From Planctomycetota bacterium (GTDB taxonomy: Bacteria; Planctomycetota; Phycisphaerae; WQYP01), in NCBI GenBank assembly GCA_021818445.1, contig JAKAEB010000011.1, positions 2,269 to 66,268 of the forward strand: DNA of 64,000 nt. Reading direction: 5' to 3'. The first letter of the stretch is position 1. Every line of letters begins with the position of its first letter. The translations under genes and the position numbers were made by a program. Below the pieces are notes generated by a model, which was not told where the DNA came from, searched no databases, and saw only the letters and a list, made by a program, of their open reading frames with translations. Positions 1 to 9,540 of this stretch are shown piece after piece.

Positions 1-1
1 G

Positions 2-607
2 GGCCGCTGGCTTACCCGCGACCCGATCGGTTACCAAGGCGGAATCAATCTTTACGAATTCGTCCAAAGCAGCCCGGTGGGAAATGTGGATGGGGCGGGG
101 ATGTCGGGCGGCTGGGTTCCCGAAACGGATATCGGCGGTGATACATATTGGGTCGATAATAACACTGGCGCGATTTCATACAGTTACCCAGCCGGCCAGC
201 TGGCACCCGTGGGCAGCAACACGCAAGCCGCCCCGGCGGTGGCCCCCGCGCCGCGAGGGCTAGCGTCCCCGCCGGATTTTCCACCAGCCCCCGCGGGTTC
301 TCCAGTGTGCAACAAATATCCGTGCAGCTACACATACATGGGCGCTAACGCCCAGTGCTTCTGTAAATGCGCCGGGAACAGCCCGTGGTCAAAATATGTA
401 CGCAGTTGCCTGGCCAATCTATACGAGTTCGGCGCGAGCGCCACGCTCGCGCATTTCTCCTGCTATTTTTGGGCAACGGAAAAATTCGGCGTTTTTGGAA
501 TTCCGGCCCTGACCCTTGCACGGTGCTACGAGAAATGTGTGGGTCCCGTTCCGGGCGCACCACCGCCGGGCCGACAATTGTGGCCGTGGCCCCCCACTGC
601 CTTCTAG
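2..607 (+). CDS. Rhs/YD-repeat protein, 3' end (Rhs core motif plus Cys-rich C-terminal toxin domain); 5' truncated by the window
   Basis: Frame 2 from base 2 reads GRWLTRDPIGYQGGINLYEFVQSSPVGNVDGAG, the Rhs-associated core terminus (PxxxxDPxG-like), and continues in frame into the 77..607 ORF. Confidence 0.85.
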   Translation, partial: GRWLTRDPIGYQGGINLYEFVQSSPVGNVDGAGMSGGWVPETDIGGDTYWVDNNTGAISYSYPAGQLAPVGSNTQAAPAVAPAPRGLASPPDFPPAPAGSPVCNKYPCSYTYMGANAQCFCKCAGNSPWSKYVRSCLANLYEFGASATLAHFSCYFWATEKFGVFGIPALTLARCYEKCVGPVPGAPPPGRQLWPWPPTAF

Positions 608-831
608 TGAAGTGAACTGGGACGCGGGCCTTTCGTGAGGAAAGGATATTGGCTTTGGGCAAATGACACTTGAAATCGTTGCGTCCCGGCCAGTCCGCTC
701 GCCCAGCGCTGAAAACAAATTCTGCAACGAGGAAAAACAATGTTGTACGTCGGTGATAAAACCACGCCCACTAATCCGAGTGTCCGAATTATGGCGCATC
801 TCTACCGTATGGCCAACGATGGTGAGGGGAG

Positions 832-1140
832 TTGGTGGTGAGGCTGCTGGCATACGTTATAGCCGCTATTAACACGGCGCTCTTTTTCGCGGCCATAGCT
901 GCAAAGTTTGCCCAACCCGGGCAGGGCGACATGTTGAACGGGCAAGCGGGGGATTTTGCCTCCATCGCTATCAGCGCTTGCCTTGGAACATGGTATCTCG
1001 GCAGTATATGCATGCTGCTGCTAATACGGCGCGGCCAGAAATTACCCGATATTATGTACGTCTGGTTGTTCATTACCGGGTTGCCCGTGGTGCTGTTCAG
1101 CTTGGCGATGTTTTTATTCCTGTTGCCCGCTTTTTTATGA
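832..1140 (+). CDS. Small membrane protein with about 3 TM segments, candidate Rhs immunity protein
   Basis: Three hydrophobic stretches; GAGGGGAG SD-like sequence before the TTG start; lies just downstream of the Rhs-CT. Confidence 0.5.
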   Translation: MVVRLLAYVIAAINTALFFAAIAAKFAQPGQGDMLNGQAGDFASIAISACLGTWYLGSICMLLLIRRGQKLPDIMYVWLFITGLPVVLFSLAMFLFLLPAFL

Positions 1141-1245
1141 TGCTGCCGTAAAGTCCCGAGAGCACCCCATACCCGGCGATGATGGCAACAGATAAAGGAG
1201 CCCTCGGCGCGGCACGCAGGGAATACCGCGACCATACACCCGCCG

Positions 1246-2277
1246 ATGATGAGAACGAAAATGGCGGATAACAGCATGAGCGATTTGCGTCTACACGCCG
1301 TCACCGGTGCCTTCGGGTATTCCGGACGGTACATCAGTAAACGACTCCTGGCGGCGGGTATTTCCGTGCGGACATTAACCGCCTCACCACACCGCGCTAA
1401 TCCATTTGGCCAATCCGTAGATGTGCGGGAGTTCCATTGGCAGGATCCGAGAAAACTGGCCGAAGCATTGGCAGGCGCGGAAGTACTGTACAACACGTAC
1501 TGGGTACGCTTCAACAGCCGAATGTTCTGCTTTGCCGAGGCGATAGAAAACAGCCGGCGACTTTTTATCGCGGCAAAAAACGCCGGCGTGCGGCGTATTG
1601 TGCATGTGAGTATCACTAATCCTGATTTTAACAGCCATTTAGAGTATTTCCGCGGCAAAGCGCTGGTTGAACGGGCATTGACAGATTCCGGGGTGGATTT
1701 CACAATTTTGCGACCCGCAGTTCTGTTTGGTAAAGAGGATATTTTAATTAACAACATTGCATGGATGCTGCGGCGGTTGCCAGTCTTCGGTGTTTTTGGC
1801 GATGGCCAATATAAAATGCAACCGATCTACGTTGATGACCTGGCCGAATTAGCAGTTCGTTCCGCTGATGATAAAAACAATCGTGTCATCGACGCCATCG
1901 GCCCCGAAACATTTACCTATCGCGGACTCGTTGAGACCATTGGAACAATCGTTGGGTGCCCCAGGCCCATCATTTCTGTCAGCCCGCAAGTTGGATACCT
2001 GTTTGCCGCTGTCGCCGGAAAAATGGTACATGATGTCATTATCACGCGCGACGAAATTTCTGCCCTGATGGAAGGCCGCCTTTTTGTCGATGCCCCACCG
2101 GCCGGGTTAACCAGCCTGACCCAGTGGGCGCAGGACAATTGCGACTGGCTTGGCCAGCGTTACGCCAGTGAAATGGCGCGCCGCAGGGATCGGCAAAGCG
2201 ACTATATCGCCCTGCGCGGCGACGGACAGAATGCCGATCCGGGGCGGGCTGGGCCGGGCCATCCCAGCGCGAGGTAA
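1246..2277 (+). CDS. NAD(P)-dependent epimerase/atypical SDR (NDUFA9-like)
   Basis: VTGAFGYSG Rossmann motif, YFRGK, ILRPAVLFG, QPIYVDDLA; true start may be a later Met. Confidence 0.85.
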   Translation: MMRTKMADNSMSDLRLHAVTGAFGYSGRYISKRLLAAGISVRTLTASPHRANPFGQSVDVREFHWQDPRKLAEALAGAEVLYNTYWVRFNSRMFCFAEAIENSRRLFIAAKNAGVRRIVHVSITNPDFNSHLEYFRGKALVERALTDSGVDFTILRPAVLFGKEDILINNIAWMLRRLPVFGVFGDGQYKMQPIYVDDLAELAVRSADDKNNRVIDAIGPETFTYRGLVETIGTIVGCPRPIISVSPQVGYLFAAVAGKMVHDVIITRDEISALMEGRLFVDAPPAGLTSLTQWAQDNCDWLGQRYASEMARRRDRQSDYIALRGDGQNADPGRAGPGHPSAR

Positions 2278-2338
2278 ACCCATGCCCCGCGATCGGGGGG
2301 TTGGCCATTGCACGACCGGTCGCCCGCGGCATTCACGC

Positions 2339-3193
2339 TCACTGATACTCGTGATGCGGATCGGGATAAGCTCGGTCTTTGATGGCGTTGCGGTATTGCG
2401 TGGCCGCCGTTGCGATGTGATTCGGCATCTCACCGATGACGGGTACAAACCGCGGTGGTTTGCCGTTAAAGCCAAGCAGATCGGTAATCACGACGACGTG
2501 TCCATGGCAGGGCTTTCCGGCACCACAGCCTATGACCGGGCAATTGACCTGCGAGACGACGCGTGCGCTGAGTGAAGGTGGGACGGCCTCCAGTAGAAGT
2601 AGCGCGGCCCCGGCCTCGCGGGCATCCCTCGCCAGTTGAACGATGTCTGCCGCTTCCGCCTCCCGGCGACCGTGGACACGATAGCCACCGGGATGCGATA
2701 CCTGTTGAGGCAGCAACCCCAAATGGGCACATATCTGAATACCCGCACCTGCCAAAGCGGAGATTATGGGCAATTGGTGGGGCAGAATTTCACACTTTAC
2801 CGCGCCAGCGCCGGCGTTGATGAATCGACGGGCATTGCCGATGGCGGCAGCCGGGGTGTCATAACTGCCGTAGGGCATGTCCCCCATCACCAAGGCATGG
2901 ACAGAGCCACGCGCGACGGCAGCCGTGACTTCGACCATAAAGTCCATCGAAACGCCGCGTGTGGTGGGCAGCCCCAGCAATGTGGTGGCAACTGAATCGC
3001 CGACCAGGAGAACGTCAATTCCCGCTTTATCGAGCACCTGCGCCGTCAGGTAGTCATAGCAGGTAAGCATGGAGATTGGCTCACCTTTTTGCATCATGGC
3101 ATATAATGTTTCAATATTATTGCGTGAAGAGAGGCAAGCTGCATCATCGATTGATGGCTCGGCTGGAGAAGGTTGATTGGCGCTCGACATCAT
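2339..3193 (-). CDS. panB: 3-methyl-2-oxobutanoate hydroxymethyltransferase
   Basis: [33 protein letters not shown] motifs. Confidence 0.95.
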   Translation of the reverse strand: MMSSANQPSPAEPSIDDAACLSSRNNIETLYAMMQKGEPISMLTCYDYLTAQVLDKAGIDVLLVGDSVATTLLGLPTTRGVSMDFMVEVTAAVARGSVHALVMGDMPYGSYDTPAAAIGNARRFINAGAGAVKCEILPHQLPIISALAGAGIQICAHLGLLPQQVSHPGGYRVHGRREAEAADIVQLARDAREAGAALLLLEAVPPSLSARVVSQVNCPVIGCGAGKPCHGHVVVITDLLGFNGKPPRFVPVIGEMPNHIATAATQYRNAIKDRAYPDPHHEYQ

Positions 3194-3220
3194 GATAACT
3201 TCGTACGTCCCGGTTGCATT

Positions 3221-4015
3221 TTAATCAGGGGGTGATATCGATTGGAGACCGCCAAATCGGCGCTGCCGATGGCGAAAAGCGTCGATGGCCATATCCAGAT
3301 CAGCCGAGCGGAATTCCGGCCAGCAGACATCGGTCACATACAATTCCGCGTAACTGATCTGCCAAAGCAGATAGTTGCTTACACGCATCTCACCCGCCGT
3401 GCGGATAAGTAAATCCGGGTCGGGCATGCCAGCCGTATAGAGGTGCGACGAGACGGTATCCGGCTCGATGTCCTGCGGCCGCAACCGACCGGCCTGAACT
3501 TCCCGGGCGATGGCACGCACCGCATCGGTTATTTCCATCCGGGCACCGTAATTAACCGCCAGACAAAGCGTCATACCTGTGTTGGCGTCGAGCAATGCGG
3601 TGGTCTGATCAATTTCGCGCAGCACATCGTCGGGCAGACCTTCACGGCGGCCTATCTGGCGGAAGCGAATATTATTTCGGTTCATCAGTTCCCGCTCGCT
3701 CACGAGATATTGGGCATAAAGTTGCATCAGTTCGTTGACTTCTTCAACCGGGCGGCGCCAGTTTTCAATTGAAAAGCTGTAAAGCGTCAACTGGCCAATC
3801 CCACGACGGGCGCAATGCTCGATTATTTCGCGGGCCGTTATCGCACCTGCCCGGTGACCGAAAGTGCGTGGTTTACCCTGCCGTTTGGCCCACCGTCCAT
3901 TGCCATCCATGATGATGGCAATATGCCCGGGAAGACCGCTGCGGGGAGGCTCCGCCGGCGTGCCGGGATGCGTGGCGGGTTGCGGAATCGTTATGGCCGG
4001 GTCCGAGCTCATCAT
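3221..4015 (-). CDS. uppS: Undecaprenyl diphosphate synthase (isoprenyl transferase)
   Basis: HIAIIMDGNGRWA, FSIENWRRP, DPDLLIRTAGEMRVSNYLLWQ; start moved to MMSSD to avoid overlapping purA. Confidence 0.95.
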   Translation of the reverse strand: MMSSDPAITIPQPATHPGTPAEPPRSGLPGHIAIIMDGNGRWAKRQGKPRTFGHRAGAITAREIIEHCARRGIGQLTLYSFSIENWRRPVEEVNELMQLYAQYLVSERELMNRNNIRFRQIGRREGLPDDVLREIDQTTALLDANTGMTLCLAVNYGARMEITDAVRAIAREVQAGRLRPQDIEPDTVSSHLYTAGMPDPDLLIRTAGEMRVSNYLLWQISYAELYVTDVCWPEFRSADLDMAIDAFRHRQRRFGGLQSISPPD

Positions 4016-4052
4016 TCCCAGATTATACGGTTTTCCCGCCAGCCCGGCATAA

Positions 4053-5351
4053 TCAGACCAGCACAAGCGTTTCGTCACGTCCCGGGCCGACACTTACCAT
4101 CTGCACCGGCACGCCCACAAATTCTTCTATGTAGCCGATGTAGGCTTTGGCTTCGTCGGGCAGCGCGGCTGCATGACGGGCTGAACCAAGATCATGCCGC
4201 CAACCCGGTAAGGAATGATAGATGGGTTTGGCACGGGAAAGTTCCACGGCGTCGGCAGGAAACTCATCGGAAGCGCCATCGGGTGTGGCATATTTAACAC
4301 AAACTTTTATCTCATCAAATGTGGAAAGAACGTCCAACAGCATGATGCACAAGCCCGTTGCGCCGGTAACGGAGGCGGCGTAGCGCACCGCTACCAAGTC
4401 CAGCCAGCCGCAGCGACGTGGGCGTCCGGTGGTGGTGCCAAATTCCCGCCCACGCTGCCGAATTTTCTCACCAATGGCATTTTCCTGTTCCGTCGGAAAT
4501 GGCCCGCCCCCCACGCGCGAAGAGTAGGCCTTAACCACACCCAACACGCGGCCAATCGCCTGCGGGGGTACGCCCGTACCCACGCATACGCCCGTGCCGC
4601 AATTGCTGCTGGTCACAAACGGAAATGTGCCGTGGTCAAGGTCCAGCAGTGTTGCGTTAGCCCCTTCAAAAAGCACCTTTTTTGCACCGGCCATCGACCG
4701 ATGCAACAGGGCCGTGGTATTGCACACAAATGGCTTCAGCCTCTGGCCGAGCGGAATGTACTCATCAAGGATCGCCTGCCAGGCCATGGGTTCGCTGCCG
4801 AAGAGGGCTCCAAATATGGCATTTTTTTCGGGCACGATGTGGGATAGACGGTTTTGCAGACGGTCGGGTTCGATAAGGTCCGCCATGCGAACGGCAAAAT
4901 GCCGCGATGCCTTATCGGCATAGCACGGCCCGATGCCCCGTGCCGTGGTGCCGATTTTTTTATCACCCAGTTTTTCTTCAGCCAGTTTGTCCTGACGGCT
5001 GTGGTAGGGCATGACGACATGCGCCTGGGAGGAAATTTTTAAATTGTTTTCAATCGCAATACCGCGCTGCTGAAGGGCATCAATTTCACGAATGAGCTGC
5101 ACCGGGTCAATAACTACACCGTTGGCCAGCACCGACACACATTGCGGGCGAAGGATCGCACTGGGGATAAGATGAAACGCATATTTTTGGTCCCCCACGT
5201 GTACGCTATGACCTGCATTGCTGCCGCCATTCCAGCGCACGGCAAGATCAAAATGTTCACTGAGGATGTCAACGATCTTACCTTTACCCTCATCCCCCCA
5301 CTGTAACCCGACGACTGACGTATGCCGATCACAAAGTTTTGTTATATCCAT
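4053..5351 (-). CDS. purA: Adenylosuccinate synthase
   Basis: GLQWGDEGKGK, GGSNAGH, IGTTARGIGP, EFGTTTGRPRRCGW. Confidence 0.97.
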   Translation of the reverse strand: MDITKLCDRHTSVVGLQWGDEGKGKIVDILSEHFDLAVRWNGGSNAGHSVHVGDQKYAFHLIPSAILRPQCVSVLANGVVIDPVQLIREIDALQQRGIAIENNLKISSQAHVVMPYHSRQDKLAEEKLGDKKIGTTARGIGPCYADKASRHFAVRMADLIEPDRLQNRLSHIVPEKNAIFGALFGSEPMAWQAILDEYIPLGQRLKPFVCNTTALLHRSMAGAKKVLFEGANATLLDLDHGTFPFVTSSNCGTGVCVGTGVPPQAIGRVLGVVKAYSSRVGGGPFPTEQENAIGEKIRQRGREFGTTTGRPRRCGWLDLVAVRYAASVTGATGLCIMLLDVLSTFDEIKVCVKYATPDGASDEFPADAVELSRAKPIYHSLPGWRHDLGSARHAAALPDEAKAYIGYIEEFVGVPVQMVSVGPGRDETLVLV

Positions 5352-5480
5352 GCGTGCTGCAATCCTACCTTACCAGACCCGTTACCCGCGTTTGGGCAAA
5401 CCCCTGAACATAACCTTGGCGTGGCGACAATTCAATGCCAAAGGCGTGGTGGTGTCTCCGCTTCGGTGGGATACAGCGCA

Positions 5481-5960
5481 TTAAACCCTGTGTGCTGACA
5501 AATCTTCGATCTTCGTCCGAGCTTCAACTTCCATCGGACAGTCGTCTTTACCATACTCAAGACACTGAGCGAAATATTCCTGCAGAAATGCCCGCACGCC
5601 CCCGCATCGCTCAATCTGGACGGCATGAACCAAACCATGCAGGACGAGTTGAGACAGGTCGGGTGCGGTTGCTTTTATCACAATGAGTCGGCCAAAGGTC
5701 AGGGACATGGTTCCGGGCGTGAGAATACGCAATTGCCCGGCAAGATGCTTGAGTTCCGCCGAAGGCTCTGGAAACGATTCAACCACCGCAACGCGAACCA
5801 TATTGGGATGTTCCAGCCCCAGGGCGACAGCATCCGCCGTCTCGTGAGCCGTCAGCGGGCGACTTACATCCCGCAGATCCTTTTCGACCGAAGTAACCCA
5901 TTCCAAAACCAAGGGCACGATGGTCGGCAACATTCGGTGCAACACCGTTGGGTGTATCAT
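5481..5960 (-). CDS. Hypothetical protein, zincin/DUF4157-like with degenerate HExxH (HGLVH)
   Basis: LTFG..LVLHGLVHAVQ..F..EY..PMEVEA pattern resembles DUF4157-like small zincins. Confidence 0.5.
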   Translation of the reverse strand: MIHPTVLHRMLPTIVPLVLEWVTSVEKDLRDVSRPLTAHETADAVALGLEHPNMVRVAVVESFPEPSAELKHLAGQLRILTPGTMSLTFGRLIVIKATAPDLSQLVLHGLVHAVQIERCGGVRAFLQEYFAQCLEYGKDDCPMEVEARTKIEDLSAHRV

Positions 5961-6184
5961 TGTGACTCTCCCGATTGTAAGAAACCAGATTTGGGTACAA
6001 GAACGGTATCGGCTGATGACAACGCAATTGATAACGCTTTACCCTCCAATCGGCCGCCGGTTGGTTTATGGGACAAACGGTAGCGCGCCCGGTGAATGGT
6101 GCCAGTCAGCGATGGTTAGAAACTTGAATTCCAGTGCGCCTATAATCGTCCGCTGCACGATGAGACTCTTATGGAGCATGCGAT

Positions 6185-6670
6185 ATGGCAACAGCAGATA
6201 ATAGCGGGCAAAGTGTTGCACAGACCGGGATTATCCTTGTGGATCACGGCAGCCGGTTTGCCGCCGCCAACGACATGCTCAACGAGGTGGCTGAAAGATT
6301 TCGGCGCACATCGGGCTACAAAATTGTCGAGCCAGCACACATGGAATTGGCCGATCCAAGCATCCCGCAGGCGTTTGAAGCCTGTGTGAGGCAGGGTGCC
6401 ACGCGAGTCATTGTGCATCCTTATTTTCTCTCGCCGGGGAGGCACAGCACGACAGACATTCCGCGCATGGTGGCGGAGGCGGCGGCAGCATATCCATCAG
6501 TTGTTTGCAACGTCACGCAACCGCTTGGTTTAGACGATGAAATATCACGGATTATTCTCAATCGCATCCACGGCTGTGAACGCAATGGGTACACATGTGA
6601 AATTTGCGCGTCCCGGGGTGGCTGCATGGTGAAGCATCAGGCGGCTGCCAGCGCATCAACCGGCGGATGA
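6185..6670 (+). CDS. CbiX/SirB family sirohydrochlorin chelatase, single domain, with Cys-rich tail
   Basis: GIILVDHGSR, PAHMELADPSI, PYFLSPGRH..DIP, then C-x6-C-x2-C-x5-C. Confidence 0.9.
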   Translation: MATADNSGQSVAQTGIILVDHGSRFAAANDMLNEVAERFRRTSGYKIVEPAHMELADPSIPQAFEACVRQGATRVIVHPYFLSPGRHSTTDIPRMVAEAAAAYPSVVCNVTQPLGLDDEISRIILNRIHGCERNGYTCEICASRGGCMVKHQAAASASTGG

Positions 6671-6757
6671 GAATCGTCATGTAGCCGGGCCATTTGCCGG
6701 GCGGAAGTGAAATCACGAAAAAATCGCCACACCCAGCGGTTGGCATGCCTGCGATGT

Positions 6758-6786
6758 TTGACGCACAGAAACTTCAAATCTACGCT
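6758..6786 (+). promoter_or_regulatory. Putative sigma70 promoter of nrdR
   Basis: TTGACG-N17-TACGCT. Confidence 0.45.
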
Positions 6787-6828
6787 AATATAAGCGTTTG
6801 ATGAGTTTTGTTTGAGCGATGAACAGCG

Positions 6829-7326
6829 GTGCGATGCCCATTTTGTCATAGCGATAACGATGACCGAGTGATTGATTCCCGCCCGGCTGAGGGGGGCGCG
6901 GCTATTCGACGGCGGCGGGCATGCCAGCAGTGCGGACGGCGATACACGACCTATGAGCGGGTGGAAGAGGCCGTTCGTATTACGGTTGTAAAAAAAGATG
7001 GAACGCGCGTTCCGTACGATCGCAACAAGGTTCTCGATGGCATTCAGCGGGCATGCTACAAGCGGCCGGTACCCGCACCGGCGATTTCCAGTATGGTTGA
7101 CGCGGTGGAAGAACAGATACTGCGTAATTTTGACCGGGAGGTTCCCAGTTCCGCCATTGGAGAGTTGGTTATGAAGGCCCTGCGATCGGCGGATGCCATT
7201 GCGTTTGTGCGGTTTGCATCCGTTTACCGTGAATTCAGAGATTTAGGCGAATTGGCGCAGGAAGTGCAAAGTGTGATGGAAGATGATAAAAAGGACCCGG
7301 CGCAGCCGGAATTGTTCCAGCCCTAG
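6829..7326 (+). CDS. nrdR: Transcriptional repressor NrdR
   Basis: MRCPFC, VIDSR, IRRRRAC..C..RYTTYE, ATP-cone, AFVRFASVYREF. Confidence 0.97.
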   Translation: MRCPFCHSDNDDRVIDSRPAEGGAAIRRRRACQQCGRRYTTYERVEEAVRITVVKKDGTRVPYDRNKVLDGIQRACYKRPVPAPAISSMVDAVEEQILRNFDREVPSSAIGELVMKALRSADAIAFVRFASVYREFRDLGELAQEVQSVMEDDKKDPAQPELFQP

Positions 7327-7524
7327 GAGCTTGTCCGAGTATTAACAGGAACTGCGACGGCATGGATTTTGGCGGGCATCAGGAAGCGGTGGCCAGGGCG
7401 TATCGGGTGATGCGCCGAGGACCCGCGCCGCAGAGGCGGGGCGAAAGCCATGCCGCCCGGAGCGTGTGCCGGAAACGCCGCAATTTTGTGATGAACGCAC
7501 AATGAGGTTATGCTCGGCATGCGT
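7327..7524. repeat. MITE-like palindromic dispersed repeat, copy 1
   Basis: 7327-7419 matches 16341-16433 (about 10 mismatches in 93 bp); internal inverted repeat CGGCATGGATTTT..GAAAGCCATGCCG; follows CTAG; degenerate terminal IR near 7508-7524. Confidence 0.65.
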
Positions 7525-7560
7525 GAGATTTTTAGTTTGCCAGACGGGGTATGCAAGCGG

Positions 7561-9456
7561 ATGAGGCGACCAGAACTTAAGCACGGCAAAAAATGGTGGT
7601 TGGCGGCAGCGGGCCTGTTATCTTTGAACGTCCTGGGGGGTTGTTCCACTGGACCAAGCTCATCGACTCCTCCCATTGCGGCGCAAGACCGGGTACCACT
7701 GCCGTCGGTTTACCCGGCATTGCGGGGAACGGTTGGCCAGTACGTGGGGTTGGGATACTCAGGGCCGATTGTTGTGCGTGGATGGGGTTTGGTGGCGGGC
7801 CTGCCAAATACTGGTAGCGGACAGATGCCACCACCGATCCGCAAGTTGATGCTTAATCGCCTGTTGAAAGCGGGCGTTGGTTTTTATACCCGTGGAACGG
7901 GCAATATTGATCCGAATCAGATATTAAACAGCCGCCAGGTGTCGGCTGTGGCGGTGGAGGGGGCGATTCCACCATTGGCCGTGCAGGGCACAACCTTTGA
8001 TGTCTATCTCAAGGCGCTACCCAACACCAGTACAACGAGTTTGGAAAATGGATTACTTTGGCCGGTCGGTTTGCGTGTGCACATCCGTCTGGTGGATCAG
8101 AGTGATGTGCTGGCGCGGGCGCGGGGTCCGGTTTTTTGTGATCCGTTCACTTCCGACGGCAAACTTAAGCCGGCCAACGCCATCGTGCGTGAGGGGCGTG
8201 TTATCGGCGGTGCGATGGTGGAGCACAGCGTGCCGGCGGTGTTGGAACTTTACAGTCCGTCGTACCGCATCACCGATCTGATTCAGCGTGTAATCAATCA
8301 GCATTACGGCAACTATCCGCCGGTGGCCACCGCGGAAAATGACCGGGTGGTCAAGGTGCGGATTATCCATCGCTATCGGCATTATCCGATGCGGTTTGTC
8401 CGGCGGGTGCTGGATTTGTATCTGGCCGGAAATGTGCCGGGATTCAACGCCCACCAGACGAAGGTGATCATCAAAGCGTTGCATGATCCGACCGCGCCGC
8501 ATGCCGATCTGGGTGTGGCGCTGGAGCAATTGGGGCAGCCCATTCTTCCCATATTGCAAAAACACTATAATTCCGCCAACCCCGCGGTTGGTTATTACTG
8601 CCTGCAGGCCGGGGCCCGCCTCGGCGACAGTGACGCCATTACGGACATAAGTAAAATTGCATTGGATACAGCGAGTCCGTTTCAACGCAAGGCGATTTAT
8701 ACGTTAAGCCACTGCCACGATCGCTTTCTGGCGGGGGTGACTTTTCGCAAGTTGCTGCGGTCGGCGTCGCGCCGGGTACAAATCATGGGGTATCAGGCGC
8801 TGCTGGCGATTCACTCATCGATTGTTTACTCGCAGGAAATAAGTCAGAAATTTATCATGGATATTGTCCCCGGACACCAGACATGCACGATCTATGTCAC
8901 CACCCATCACGTGCCGCGTATCGCGTTTCTGGGGCGTATCCCAACGCTGAAACCGGGAGCGCTTTATGTCAGCCCGCACGACGCATTAACGGTGAATTAT
9001 TTACCGTCACATACAACCACCAAGGGAGGTAAAAAGGCCGGCTCCAGTGCGGAGCCCGTTCTGCTGTATTACCGTAATCCGCTTTCCGGCCAAACCGTGA
9101 CACTCAGATGCGGGACAGCCTTGCCATCGATTTTAGCCACGCTGGCCGGAGCGCCCAATCCCTTTGGCAGGCATTTCAATCCGCATCAGGCTTTTATCGG
9201 TGCGTCGTATCAGCGGGTGGTGGAGATGCTCTACACGCTGTGCCATACCGGACAAATTAATGCCCGCTTTCAGATGGAAACCATTACGGGCAAAAATCGA
9301 TCTCTGATGGCATCATTAAATAAACCGCGGCCAAGCGGCAGCACGATGACAAAATCTGTCGTTGCTGGCTCGGCTACCCAGCCGGTCTCAACACCGTTCA
9401 GTACCAATCTGCCGGGTGAGCTTCCCGCGGGGACGCAGAGTTCGCCGCAGCATTGA
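7561..9456 (+). CDS. FlgI (P-ring)-like lipoprotein with central helical/HEAT-like region
   Basis: Lipobox-like VLGGC; VRGWGLVAGLPNTGS, FDV..SLENGLL and GRVIGGA match the FlgI N-terminal pattern; no flagellar genes nearby. Confidence 0.75.
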   Translation: MRRPELKHGKKWWLAAAGLLSLNVLGGCSTGPSSSTPPIAAQDRVPLPSVYPALRGTVGQYVGLGYSGPIVVRGWGLVAGLPNTGSGQMPPPIRKLMLNRLLKAGVGFYTRGTGNIDPNQILNSRQVSAVAVEGAIPPLAVQGTTFDVYLKALPNTSTTSLENGLLWPVGLRVHIRLVDQSDVLARARGPVFCDPFTSDGKLKPANAIVREGRVIGGAMVEHSVPAVLELYSPSYRITDLIQRVINQHYGNYPPVATAENDRVVKVRIIHRYRHYPMRFVRRVLDLYLAGNVPGFNAHQTKVIIKALHDPTAPHADLGVALEQLGQPILPILQKHYNSANPAVGYYCLQAGARLGDSDAITDISKIALDTASPFQRKAIYTLSHCHDRFLAGVTFRKLLRSASRRVQIMGYQALLAIHSSIVYSQEISQKFIMDIVPGHQTCTIYVTTHHVPRIAFLGRIPTLKPGALYVSPHDALTVNYLPSHTTTKGGKKAGSSAEPVLLYYRNPLSGQTVTLRCGTALPSILATLAGAPNPFGRHFNPHQAFIGASYQRVVEMLYTLCHTGQINARFQMETITGKNRSLMASLNKPRPSGSTMTKSVVAGSATQPVSTPFSTNLPGELPAGTQSSPQH

Positions 9457-9540
9457 GCCGCAAGCGACGACGCAGCAACTCTCCGACACGCCAGCAGAAT
9501 TGCGGTGAGAGCAGAGTGGTTGGCCAGAGAACAGATTGGG

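Noticed and set aside
789..1757. 322-aa minus-strand ORF
   Set aside because: Antisense to two better-supported plus-strand genes and has no motifs
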